A DNA stretch of 55,850 bases from Pseudomonadota bacterium. Its GTDB lineage: Bacteria > Bdellovibrionota_C > UBA2361 > OMIW01. The notes beneath the pieces were generated by a model, which saw only the letters and a list, made by a program, of their open reading frames with translations, was not told the DNA's origin and did not search any database. Both the position numbers and the translations under genes were made by a program. The stretch is taken from contig OMIW01000129.1 in assembly GCA_900299205.1 (NCBI GenBank), positions 1 to 55,850 on the forward strand, written 5' to 3'. Below, piece by piece: positions 17,824 through 27,526 of this stretch (positions within the stretch are counted from its first letter, which is position 1; each line of letters starts with the position of its first letter).

Positions 17824-20800
17824 TTATGACTGCCGATTATCAACCATCGATTTTGATGGTTTAGCCTCTGCCTCAACACTTCCGACGGCAACAGACTTGT
17901 GTCGAATCCCCTCCAGAAGGGACTCCGTAGTTTTATACAATACACTCATCGGGAGATTCTCAGAGCTGAGTTGTACCCACAAGGTGAGATTTCTCCCCAG
18001 ACGATAGGTCCGAGGCTTTGACTCCGCAAGATCGAGCAGAGCTGTGAGGTCAATGGGCGACCGCTGGGTCAACCACAATGCAAGCCGAGTCCCTGCTACC
18101 TCTGCCTTCGCGATAGCGAATCTTCGACACAGCCCCCGATACCTCATGATCTCGACAAGATGACACACCTCGTCAGATGGACAACCGAATCGGTCAGAAA
18201 GCTCTGCTAGGATATCATCTGCTTCGCTCGATTCTTCCACCATCGCAAGCCGCTGGTACATCAGAAGCCGCTCGGAAATATCGGGAATATATGGCTCTGG
18301 AATGCACGCATCGAGTGGTATTTTAACCTCGGGATCAATGCTCTCCTGGCCACCCTCAGGATCACCTTTGAGCTGAGCGACCGCCTCCCTCAATAGGTCG
18401 GTAAACATCTCGAAACCGACCGTATCAATCTTGCCTGACTGTTCTTTACCAAGGAGATTACCTGCTCCTCGCAATTCCAAGTCTCGCATTGCCAGAACAA
18501 AGCCTCCTCCCAGGCCCTCAAAAGACTGCAGTACCTGAAGCCGCTCTCGAGCCTGAGGCGGTAGCTTGCCACGTTGAGGCACAAGAAAGTAGGCATACGC
18601 CTGCCGAGCTCCACGGCCAACCCGTCCGCGAATCTGATAGAGTTGAGCCAAGCCGTACAAATGGGCATTATCAACAATAATCGTATTTGCGTTCGGGACA
18701 TCGAGCCCCGACTCAATAATGGTCGTCGTCACCAGGATATCAATCTGTCCCTCAAGGAACTTCTGCATTACGCGCTCGAGGACACTCTCCTGCATCTGCC
18801 CGTGAGCATGAAAAACTCTCGCCTTAGGAAAAAGTTCTTGAAGAAGCTTCGCCCGATTGCTGAGTGTCTCCACCCGATTATGGAGGAAAAAAACTTGCCC
18901 ACCCCGATTTAGTTCTCTATCTATCGCATCGCGGACCACCCCAGAATCATCATGAGCAACACAGGTTCGAATGGGTCGGCGGTCAACCGGTGGGGTTCGG
19001 AGGACGCTGACATCTCGTGCCCCGATCATCGCGAGATGTAGGGTACGAGGAATCGGGGTCGCGGTCATGGTCAGCGTATCCACTCCTGAAGCAACCTGGC
19101 GTAGCCGTTCCTTCTGCCGAACACCAAACCGCTGTTCCTCGTCAATCACGAGAAGGCCTAAATCATGAAAATGGATATCAGGCTCGAGCAGTCGATGGGT
19201 ACCAATTATGATGTCGATTTTTCCTGATGCGAGATCCTCGACGGTCTTCCTGTTTTGCGAATCGGAGTAAAAACGGCTCACCGCCCCGATAACAGCGGGA
19301 TATCCCAAGAAACGCTCCTCGAACGAGCGCCTATGTTGTTCGACAAGAATCGTTGTTGGGACCAGCACGGCCGTCTGTTTTGCATGCTGAAAGGATTTAA
19401 AGGCTGCCCGAATTGCCACTTCGGTTTTCCCGAATCCGACATCACCACAGATCAGCCGATCCATCGCTTTGTCGCTCGCCATATCATTCAGGGTCTCTCG
19501 AATCGCCTCTGATTGGTCGGGAGTTTCATCATAAGGAAATCCATCCGCGAACCTTTCATCCTCGGCTCCGATAAAATCAAAGTGCCAACCACGCTGAACG
19601 GTGCGTGTCGCGTACAATCTCAAAAGGTCGCCTGCCAGACTGATAGTAGCCTCACGAGCCTTTTGACGCGCCCTGAACCAACGCTTTGATCCGAGACGAT
19701 CGAGCTTCGGTCTGTGACCATCAGCACCAAGAAACCGCTGCACCTTTCCGATAAGCTGAATCGGAACAAAAAGGCGGCTGTCGGCATACTCTATCGCGAG
19801 AAAGTCCTCCACATGTCCCTCAACACTCCGCTGTTGAAGCCCTCGGTAAATACCAATTCCATAATCTCGATGCACTATGAAGTCATCCACCTGCAACTCA
19901 CGGAGTGAATGCATTATTCGACGATGTGAGACCGCCTTCATCTTTCGGCGACGCACCGACCTGTCGTGAAATATCTCATGCTCGCCAATTACTATCAGAC
20001 GCTCGTCGGGCATCTGTACACCCTCCGAGATAGTACCCTCCATAATTGCGATGACTGGGCCAGTCTCATCCCTGAGAAAATCTCTGAGGGGCCGGTGATC
20101 CACTAATGCTGTTACCTTCACAGTGGCAAGGATTGAGCTTAATCGTTCGGCTCTCGCGAGGGAGCCAACGACAAAAACTATCCGATATTTCTTCCGCTGC
20201 CATACTTGTACCGCTTTTTTGAGGGGGTTGAGTGCATTACCACTTCCGGCACTAGACTTAAGAGCGAGCTCGAGCTCGGTATTTCTCTCGGTTCTGTATA
20301 CTTTGCGTTCGATATCGTCTGCTCCGCGAACTGCCATGCCATTAAGATCCGCGAAGAATCCCCTCCGAAACCGACGACGGAGCTCCTCCGGCGATAGGTA
20401 CTGGTGGATTAGACGAGGGTGCAAAACTTTCTCGGACATCAGGAACTGAGTTCGCTCCTCTAACTTTTCCCAAAAAATATCCAGCGACTGCTCGCACCCT
20501 AATCTATCGTCAAAAAGAATGGGGGTATCTGGTCCAAGATAATCAGTGATCGTGACCATATCTTGATAAAAGAGTGATTGAAGAGATTCCATACCGGGAA
20601 AGGAGAGGTCCTCCCGAACAATATCCTCAAACTCACGAACAACCTTGCTTGGTAAATGAAGTTCACCACCCCGCTCTCGAATACGGGAGAGAATCAGCTC
20701 GGTATCAATCTGAGCATTAAGCGGTGCCACCCATTCAGAGACGGGGAGAATCTCAATCTGCGTAACATCTGAGATAGTCCTTTGCGTCTGAGGATCAAAA

Positions 20801-21360
20801 AGTCTTAAATTTACGACTTTGTCATTCTCAACGTACACCCGAGCAGGGTATTGCTCTGATGGAGAGAATATATCAATTACGAGGCCCCTGGTCGCATAGT
20901 CACCCACCGACTCGACAAGACTGGTTGGACGATAGCCTGCCCGTGCGACAAATTTCTCAAAATCCTCTCGTTCGAGATTTTCACCAACAGAGACTCGGCG
21001 GTACAGAGGCAGCAATCGCTCTGGTGGGTGAACGAGCTGGGCCACGACCTCAACACTTGCGACCCAAATTGTTCCCCGACCCTGCGCTGCCCCCAATAGC
21101 AACCCGAGCCGACTTGCCATGAGCTCCCGCTCCGGAGATACCCGCTCAAAGGGAAGGAGCTGCCAGGAGGGGAAGAGGCGCGCCCTATCTCCCCCGACAA
21201 AGAACTTTAACTCGTCGGCAAATTGCTCTGCCCGGCTATAATCAGGGCATACAACCAATGCAGACTGTTGATCGCTGAGATTCTGCGCAACCCACCAAGC
21301 TCGCGCTGGCCCTTGAAGCCCAAGACAACAGATCGGTTTTGTACTCACTCCTTCTCCCAC
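17824..21360 (-). CDS. mfd: Transcription-repair coupling factor
   Basis: 1178 aa. RNAP-interaction/CarD-like region (DFIVHRDYGIGIYRG), SF2 helicase motifs (LICGDVGFGKTEVA, DEEQRFGV, TATPIPRT) and a TRCF C-terminal domain. Confidence 0.95.
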   Translation of the reverse strand: MGEGVSTKPICCLGLQGPARAWWVAQNLSDQQSALVVCPDYSRAEQFADELKFFVGGDRARLFPSWQLLPFERVSPERELMASRLGLLLGAAQGRGTIWVASVEVVAQLVHPPERLLPLYRRVSVGENLEREDFEKFVARAGYRPTSLVESVGDYATRGLVIDIFSPSEQYPARVYVENDKVVNLRLFDPQTQRTISDVTQIEILPVSEWVAPLNAQIDTELILSRIRERGGELHLPSKVVREFEDIVREDLSFPGMESLQSLFYQDMVTITDYLGPDTPILFDDRLGCEQSLDIFWEKLEERTQFLMSEKVLHPRLIHQYLSPEELRRRFRRGFFADLNGMAVRGADDIERKVYRTERNTELELALKSSAGSGNALNPLKKAVQVWQRKKYRIVFVVGSLARAERLSSILATVKVTALVDHRPLRDFLRDETGPVIAIMEGTISEGVQMPDERLIVIGEHEIFHDRSVRRRKMKAVSHRRIMHSLRELQVDDFIVHRDYGIGIYRGLQQRSVEGHVEDFLAIEYADSRLFVPIQLIGKVQRFLGADGHRPKLDRLGSKRWFRARQKAREATISLAGDLLRLYATRTVQRGWHFDFIGAEDERFADGFPYDETPDQSEAIRETLNDMASDKAMDRLICGDVGFGKTEVAIRAAFKSFQHAKQTAVLVPTTILVEQHRRSFEERFLGYPAVIGAVSRFYSDSQNRKTVEDLASGKIDIIIGTHRLLEPDIHFHDLGLLVIDEEQRFGVRQKERLRQVASGVDTLTMTATPIPRTLHLAMIGARDVSVLRTPPVDRRPIRTCVAHDDSGVVRDAIDRELNRGGQVFFLHNRVETLSNRAKLLQELFPKARVFHAHGQMQESVLERVMQKFLEGQIDILVTTTIIESGLDVPNANTIIVDNAHLYGLAQLYQIRGRVGRGARQAYAYFLVPQRGKLPPQARERLQVLQSFEGLGGGFVLAMRDLELRGAGNLLGKEQSGKIDTVGFEMFTDLLREAVAQLKGDPEGGQESIDPEVKIPLDACIPEPYIPDISERLLMYQRLAMVEESSEADDILAELSDRFGCPSDEVCHLVEIMRYRGLCRRFAIAKAEVAGTRLALWLTQRSPIDLTALLDLAESKPRTYRLGRNLTLWVQLSSENLPMSVLYKTTESLLEGIRHKSVAVGSVEAEAKPSKSMVDNRQS

Positions 21361-21460
21361 CCCTTCTCAATCAAAAGGTCGTAACCTTTTCCCCAGTCAA
21401 GCACTAATGCATACTAGCGTTTTATTTAATCAAACAAAAGAGAATCTAACAAGGAGCGCG

Positions 21461-21571
21461 ATGGACACCAAGCTCATGAACAAAACTGCATCTACCGATA
21501 AGCAAAAGGCTATCAGGTACATTACATCATCCCCGTCCATCCCTTTCTCTCGACTCTATGGACATCACTGA
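21461..21571 (+). CDS. Candidate 36-codon upstream ORF overlapping the pilT start
   Basis: AAGGAG at 21451-21456 lies 4 nt before ATG 21461. The ORF MDTKLMNKTASTDKQKAIRYITSSPSIPFSRLYGHH stops at 21569-21571, 14 nt into pilT. No homology support. Confidence 0.25.
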   Translation: MDTKLMNKTASTDKQKAIRYITSSPSIPFSRLYGHH

Positions 21572-22619
21572 ATTACTCATCTTCACCTGCGAGCAGCAGG
21601 CCTCTGACCTTCACATCAGCGCGGGAGAGCCTCCGATGATTCGGCTGGATGGGGATATCAAAAAAATCAAGGCCGATCCCCTCACTCCCGAGCAATGTCA
21701 GACCATGTTGTACGACATCATGAACGACCAGCAACGGAATCATTTCGAGGAGCACAGTGACATCGATTTTTCTTTGGCGATGGGAAATATCGCCCGATTT
21801 CGGGCTAATATCTTTCGTCAACAAAGGGGGTTGGGGGCAGTTTTCAGGAAAATACCCGCCACAGTTCTGACACTTAATCAACTGGGGTTGCCCCCCGTCT
21901 TGGCAGAGCTCTGTCGAAAAGAAAAGGGGCTAATTCTTGTTACCGGGCCGACCGGTTCGGGAAAATCAACGACCCTCGCCGCCATGGTTGATTTTATCAA
22001 TTCAGAGAAAGAGGGCCATATCCTGACGGTTGAAGATCCTATCGAATTCGTCCACCAGTCGAAAAAATGTATCGTAAATCAGCGAGAAATTGGTGGGCAT
22101 ACTAAGTCATTTGCTCAGGCGCTGAGGGCTGCTCTGCGAGAGGACCCCGACATCATCCTCGTTGGTGAAATGAGGGACCTAGAGACAATACAGCTAGCCC
22201 TCACAGCCGCAGAGACGGGCCACTTGGTTTTTGGAACCCTTCATACCTCTAGTGCCCCTAAAACAGTGGACCGCATCATAGATGTTTTCCCACCGAATCA
22301 ACAGGCACAGGTTCGAGCCATGTTTTCTGAGTCGATTCAGGCCGTAGTGACGCAAAGCCTCTGCAAGAAGGTAGGCGGAGGAAGGATTGCCGCGCTTGAA
22401 ATTCTGATCGGAACTGCCGCTGTTCGTAATCTTATTCGAGAGGGGAAGGTGCATCAGATACCGAGCACCATGCAGACCTCGCAGGGAGTAGGCATGCAGA
22501 CGATGGATATGGCATTACGAGACCTTTTTCAGAAGGGCCAGATTACCAGAGGAACGGCAGTGGACAAGTCCGGCAATCCAGAGCTCATCAAGGACGGCGA
22601 GATGGGGAGGCGACGGTAA
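21558..22619 (+). CDS. pilT: Type IV pilus retraction ATPase PilT
   Basis: MDITELL...QQASDLHISAGEPPMIRLDG, Walker A GPTGSGKSTT, Asp box ILTVEDPIEF, Walker B ILVGEMRD, His box GHLVFGTLHT, and the AIRNLIREGK-like motif (AAVRNLIREGK). Confidence 0.92.
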   Translation: MDITELLIFTCEQQASDLHISAGEPPMIRLDGDIKKIKADPLTPEQCQTMLYDIMNDQQRNHFEEHSDIDFSLAMGNIARFRANIFRQQRGLGAVFRKIPATVLTLNQLGLPPVLAELCRKEKGLILVTGPTGSGKSTTLAAMVDFINSEKEGHILTVEDPIEFVHQSKKCIVNQREIGGHTKSFAQALRAALREDPDIILVGEMRDLETIQLALTAAETGHLVFGTLHTSSAPKTVDRIIDVFPPNQQAQVRAMFSESIQAVVTQSLCKKVGGGRIAALEILIGTAAVRNLIREGKVHQIPSTMQTSQGVGMQTMDMALRDLFQKGQITRGTAVDKSGNPELIKDGEMGRRR

Positions 22620-22626
22620 TAGGGGA

Positions 22627-23817
22627 GTGCAGCTGATGGGCGCGGAGTTTCTCGAGCAGATTCTTTCAAGGATGGTAACTTCTGGAGCATCAGACCTTTA
22701 CCTAAGCGTGGCCAGTCCGCCCGTCTACCGGATTGCGGGGACGACAAAGACATTTGAGGATAAAGCGCTCTCCTCTGATGATACCGAGCTTCTTGCCAGA
22801 GAAATAATCCCAGAACATCAAAGAGAACTTTTTCTCGCTCAAATGGAGTTAAACATTCCCGTGCACCGCGCTGGAATCGGTCGCTTTCGAGTAAACCTTT
22901 TACGGCAGAGAAATACGACCGCCCTCGTAATTCGACACATCAACTCAGAAATACCCTCCTTCGACAAGCTCGCTCTGCCACCCATTCTTGAGAGAATTTC
23001 GTTGTCCCAACGGGGACTTGTTCTCATAGTAGGAGCGACCGGATCGGGAAAATCGACGACTCTAGCGGCGATGATTCACCACAGGAATCTGACCTCATCT
23101 GGGCACATCATCACCATTGAGGATCCGATAGAATTTATCCATGAGCATCGGCGATCCATCGTTACCCAGCGAGAGGTAGGGATCGACACTTTGAGTGTTG
23201 AGAGCGCTTTAAAAAACTGCCTTCGTCAAGCACCCGATGTGATTGTTGTCGGTGAAATCAGAACTCTTGAAGCAATGGAGGCTGCTCTCACCTTTGCAGA
23301 GACAGGCCATCTTTGCCTCGCTACCCTTCACAGCACAAATACGAACCAGGCAATGGAGCGAGTTATTAGCTTTTTTCCTCCGGAGCGACACCGTCAAATA
23401 TATCTTCAACTAAGCCTTAACCTGCGAGCAGTAATCAGTCAGAGACTTGTAATGACGGACACTGAAATAAGAAGTCCAGCCGTTGAGATACTTCTTGATT
23501 CTCCCCGAGTGAAGGACCTAATTTTAAAAGGGGAAATATACGAACTTAAGGAAGCTATGGAAAAGGGAGAGCTCCTCGGAATGCAGACGTTCGATCATGC
23601 TCTCTTCAATCTTTATGCTAACGGAACAATCTCTCTTGATGAGGCTCTCAGAAATGCGGACAGCGCCAACAATGTCCGTCTTCGAGCGAAGCTTTCCGAG
23701 GATCAGAAACTCACCGGCAATCAATCTGATGAGTGCCATAGTTCATCGAGACGCTCGTCAGAGATGGTTGATACCACCCCGAAAGCGGACAAGGTAAAAT
23801 TCAAACTGGAGAGATAG
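22627..23817 (+). CDS. pilU: PilT-family ATPase, PilU-like paralogue
   Basis: ASDLYLSVASPPVYRIAG, GATGSGKSTT, ITIEDPIEF, VVGEIR and GHLCLATLHS, with a ~40-aa hydrophilic C-terminal tail. GTG at 22627 or ATG at 22636. Confidence 0.8.
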   Translation: MQLMGAEFLEQILSRMVTSGASDLYLSVASPPVYRIAGTTKTFEDKALSSDDTELLAREIIPEHQRELFLAQMELNIPVHRAGIGRFRVNLLRQRNTTALVIRHINSEIPSFDKLALPPILERISLSQRGLVLIVGATGSGKSTTLAAMIHHRNLTSSGHIITIEDPIEFIHEHRRSIVTQREVGIDTLSVESALKNCLRQAPDVIVVGEIRTLEAMEAALTFAETGHLCLATLHSTNTNQAMERVISFFPPERHRQIYLQLSLNLRAVISQRLVMTDTEIRSPAVEILLDSPRVKDLILKGEIYELKEAMEKGELLGMQTFDHALFNLYANGTISLDEALRNADSANNVRLRAKLSEDQKLTGNQSDECHSSSRRSSEMVDTTPKADKVKFKLER

Positions 23818-23823
23818 GATCGC

Positions 23824-24477
23824 TTAAACTAGGACACCCGTTGTGAATGCTCCGTCGCTCTGGAGCAGAGTCTGGAAGCATTTGAGATGCCATTGAAAGG
23901 AGTCCTTCGCCGCCAATGTTAGCCGTGAAACATCGGCGGGAGCGACCATCTCCTCGCACATTGAGCAAAAGTCAGACCATTCAGCCTTAGTGCGACGGCC
24001 ACTTCCAGAGAAGTACGAGTACCCCATTCCATTGCTAAATTTAAAGTGCTTCTCGAGGTGGCCCGATAAATAGATACCTCCCAGACGGGACCCCTCAGAT
24101 ACATACAACATTCCAATCCATGCTAATTCAGTACTCAGTGACGGGGGTGGTGGTACAATCGGAACGGAAAGAGACACAACTCCTAATGAAGAGAGGTACT
24201 CTCGATCCTTATCGAGTGCCGGCGTCCGCCGACGCATGTCAGCAAATGTACGAAGGCGTTCTGATGGGCATTCAGGGATACTTTCCTCAACTCTTGTATG
24301 CATAACACTGAGTAACTCAAGAATAGTTCGGTATTGGCTCAGATTCAGATCTTTGCGCATAAGCGGAAATACTCTCTCGGTGTCTAGATGCAACGACTGT
24401 GTCTCTCGCCGCAACGTCATCATTACCCCTTCGCCATCCTTTTCCTCGAACACTCGCCCCTCCGTGATTAATTTCAA
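23824..24477 (-). CDS. Heme-oxygenase-like protein (BphO-like family)
   Basis: N-terminal LRRETQSLHLDTE (the LRxxTxxxHxxxD proximal-His motif) and a central MLYVSEGSRLGG block typical of bacterial heme oxygenases. The start may be the internal MMTLRRE. Confidence 0.55.
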   Translation of the reverse strand: MKLITEGRVFEEKDGEGVMMTLRRETQSLHLDTERVFPLMRKDLNLSQYRTILELLSVMHTRVEESIPECPSERLRTFADMRRRTPALDKDREYLSSLGVVSLSVPIVPPPPSLSTELAWIGMLYVSEGSRLGGIYLSGHLEKHFKFSNGMGYSYFSGSGRRTKAEWSDFCSMCEEMVAPADVSRLTLAAKDSFQWHLKCFQTLLQSDGAFTTGVLV

Positions 24478-24558
24478 GAGCTGATATCGATTGTCAACTT
24501 TTCAATCGGCTTGTACCCTTACTAACGTCACCCTCATAAAAAAGGCTCTGAATTCCCC

Positions 24559-26466
24559 GTGAAATTATCTCTCCGTCAGCCCGACCCGACAATCATCTCC
24601 TTCTGTACTCCAGCGGGCAAGCAAGGGGTTATTAGCATCCCACGGCATGGGCTCATCGCATTGCCGATATCACCCCTTACCCGAAGTATTTTTCGCTCCA
24701 TCGTCGCTGAGACCCGATCAAGAGCGGAGCTTGATGCTGAATCATTCGTCCTTCGGAGAACAGGAAGCATTCTCTCCTCTGCCCCTCCTCCGTCAATTGT
24801 GATCAGTCTGCACGGCTTCTCTCAAGCACGGCAATCCCTCGCTGAGATGCTCAACCTCCTCGATTTCTTGACAGAGCAAGGACGCCTCCAAGGAGCACGC
24901 TGTCCAGATTGTGATCTAAAAGCTGAGGCAACATCGTCCGACAACCTTGCTGACGTAGTTTTAAATATTGTCCAGGGAACGCCCGCGATTATCTCAATCT
25001 CACCGAGCCTTTCACCAGATGAATTTTGCCGAATCTTTTCCCACCTGATCGTTGACGATCACCGATGGGATGTATTCGATATCCCCAACGGTTTGCTAGC
25101 CGCTGCCCGTTCAGTTTCCGGCATTATATTTCAGGGCTTAATGACTGAGGATAAAATTCCTCTTCTTAGAAACCTGATATCGAAACACAGCCAGCTATTA
25201 GCGGCCCCTATTGAGATTCGACAAACTAACGAGCCTTACACACTTTCACGATTTTTGGGGATTTTGCCCACCTGCCCCTCATGTGGCCGCTCCACTCCGC
25301 CGATTTCGTCTTCCTCTATTCTCGACACCCTTCATTCAACAAACGAAACAGCGCTTAATCAACCACTTTCATGGTATCCAAGCATTCAACATTTTCTGCA
25401 TAATCCCCCATCGTCAATACCCAAGACATCGCTACCCCCATCTATTGCGGATCGGATTGGTAGTTTCCCAGTAGGTTCCTCGCTGACAACTCGGGTGGCT
25501 GATATGCCCCTCGAAGAACGGTTGGCCCTTCGATTCCAAACCACTCCGCATCTTGCCGAGGGGCTACTCCTCATTGAACTTCCGTCCTATGGCCTGACCG
25601 AAACCCAAGCTCTATCGCTTCAGGAGTGGATTACCCATCAGAAGGAATACTATCTTGGTGTCATTACGCTCGGAGGTTCGGAGGTGCTTTCGACAATAGC
25701 CGATGCCGGACCGAATATGACAATCCTTGAGGAACAGCCGCAACGAGCCCACCCTGCACCTCGTCGCCCTCCACCCGCTCCAACTCTGCCAACTACTCCT
25801 CCGAATAAGGCGACTGAACTCGACCTTGCGCATTACCTTTGCGACCGGCAACCATCTCGAAATCCTTTTCTCTGCGCACTCCCTCTCTTCAAACGGTTGA
25901 CAGCCCTTTACGCGAAACTAACCGCGGCCAAGGTTCTGGGTATATCCTCTAGTTGTCTCTCGCTCTTTGGACAACGCTCACTGCGCTGCGATGAGTGTGG
26001 AGGCCAAGGACGGGCAGAGTCCAAAACTATTCTTCTCCCCTGCAATATCTGCCTCGGCTCAAGATATCAATCATCCGTAAATCAACTTGTTTATCGAGGA
26101 CTTCCTTTCACCGCACTCTTTAATCATTCCGCAGATTCGCTTTTGCCAATATTTGAGAACATCCTTCCTGTTCAGCACGATCTCACGGCTCTTTCATTAG
26201 CAGGCTTGGGAGGAATTGCCTTGGGAACGAGCGAAGATACGATGACGATTGAAGACCGTTGTCGATTTGCCCTCATGGTATGCCTCAGTAATCAAAAAGG
26301 GGGAAGAATCTCGATTCGTGGGATGGCAGGGATTTTTTCGGATGAAGAGCGAACCTCCCTTGAGCTATGCTTTCAATGGTTCGCCCAAAGGGGGGGGGTA
26401 TCTTTAACGGTGGATGGGGTGTTAACCGACTTATCCACTGGTCGCGGTGCCTGTCTTTTCGGATGA
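24559..26466 (+). CDS. UvrA-like protein with degenerate ATP-binding motifs (predicted pseudo-ATPase)
   Basis: 635 aa, collinear with UvrA landmarks: IPRHGLIAL.. (UvrA [9 protein letters not shown]), RCPDCD, CPSCGRS, LIELPSYGL (LDEPSIGL), ADAGPN, RCDECGGQG...PCNICLGSRYQ, and LAGLGGIALG. Both Walker A sites are absent or eroded, and the LSGGE signatures and both Walker B sites are eroded. GTG start. Confidence 0.7.
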   Translation: MKLSLRQPDPTIISFCTPAGKQGVISIPRHGLIALPISPLTRSIFRSIVAETRSRAELDAESFVLRRTGSILSSAPPPSIVISLHGFSQARQSLAEMLNLLDFLTEQGRLQGARCPDCDLKAEATSSDNLADVVLNIVQGTPAIISISPSLSPDEFCRIFSHLIVDDHRWDVFDIPNGLLAAARSVSGIIFQGLMTEDKIPLLRNLISKHSQLLAAPIEIRQTNEPYTLSRFLGILPTCPSCGRSTPPISSSSILDTLHSTNETALNQPLSWYPSIQHFLHNPPSSIPKTSLPPSIADRIGSFPVGSSLTTRVADMPLEERLALRFQTTPHLAEGLLLIELPSYGLTETQALSLQEWITHQKEYYLGVITLGGSEVLSTIADAGPNMTILEEQPQRAHPAPRRPPPAPTLPTTPPNKATELDLAHYLCDRQPSRNPFLCALPLFKRLTALYAKLTAAKVLGISSSCLSLFGQRSLRCDECGGQGRAESKTILLPCNICLGSRYQSSVNQLVYRGLPFTALFNHSADSLLPIFENILPVQHDLTALSLAGLGGIALGTSEDTMTIEDRCRFALMVCLSNQKGGRISIRGMAGIFSDEERTSLELCFQWFAQRGGVSLTVDGVLTDLSTGRGACLFG

Positions 26467-26584
26467 TTCTTCGCCCCCCAAATATTACGCTGCGATGAGA
26501 ACAGCGAGATCATCGTTACTCATCTTAATATTCCACTCTTGCTGCGTTTAAAAAATAATTGCTCTGTTATCCCAAAAATCCCCC

Positions 26585-27268
26585 ATGGTCAGAAAAAAAA
26601 TTCTCCTCCCTCTCCTTAATATTTGTTTCGTCGGTCAAATATCATCTGCTGATGATAACCTTATCATTTTCCCTCAGAGGGTCGGGGAAATATCTGCGCA
26701 GCTTGGTGAGGATAAGCTCGCGACTATTTACGGCAAGAATAATTTGACGCGAGAAATCTTGCTTGAGGATGATGGCCGATCTCGGTGTGCTACCATCCTT
26801 TTTAGAGGCACCCAACGAGAACTCAGTATCTTCTGGAGAGATGATTCCTCTGACTATGACTCAACTCCCCCGTCGCAGGCTCAGGAAAAGTGTGCGGCGA
26901 ATGGGCACTATCGTAAACCGGAGAGGATTGATATCACCCTAGGCGCCGATCGAAAGCCGTCCGCTTGGAGGACGGTGGAGGGAGTCTTTGTGGGTATCTC
27001 CCTTCTGTCGCTCGAAAAGATAAATGGGGCACCAGTAGAATTCGAGGTAAGTGAAAGCTGCGGAAATGGGGGAATTTTAAGCTGGAGGGGAGGATCTCTG
27101 GAGAAGTCGCACAAGCTTTTCTCAGACTCCAGAATTTCATTTAATCCGGAGGATGTAGAGGTGGCACGAAAGAGGGATGTCGTTTCGTCAACGGACCTCT
27201 CAGATTCAGTCAAGTCGGGTATGTTTCTCGATCGAATCAGCTTTTACCTCTTACCCGCAACAGAATAA
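26585..27268 (+). CDS. Secreted hypothetical protein
   Basis: 227 aa with signal peptide MVRKKILLPLLNICFVGQISSA|DD. I recognise no family. Confidence 0.5.
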   Translation: MVRKKILLPLLNICFVGQISSADDNLIIFPQRVGEISAQLGEDKLATIYGKNNLTREILLEDDGRSRCATILFRGTQRELSIFWRDDSSDYDSTPPSQAQEKCAANGHYRKPERIDITLGADRKPSAWRTVEGVFVGISLLSLEKINGAPVEFEVSESCGNGGILSWRGGSLEKSHKLFSDSRISFNPEDVEVARKRDVVSSTDLSDSVKSGMFLDRISFYLLPATE

Positions 27269-27526
27269 GGAGAAGCCCATACGAAAGGGGTCAAACCCCA
27301 CGACTCCGAGAACAGGGCAGCAATCGCAGGAGTTACTCGACAGTCTCGGGGAGCATGATTGTATGGCAATAGTCGCCAGCGAGGGCTACCCTATCCACCG
27401 ACTTGTCCACTGAGAAGGGATGCCCATACTTCTGGTGGTGGTCATATCGATAGATCAGGTATAATTAGGGGTTGCAGTGTATCTATCAGATTGGCGCCGT
27501 AGCTTGGGAGAACCAATGGAGGGGGC

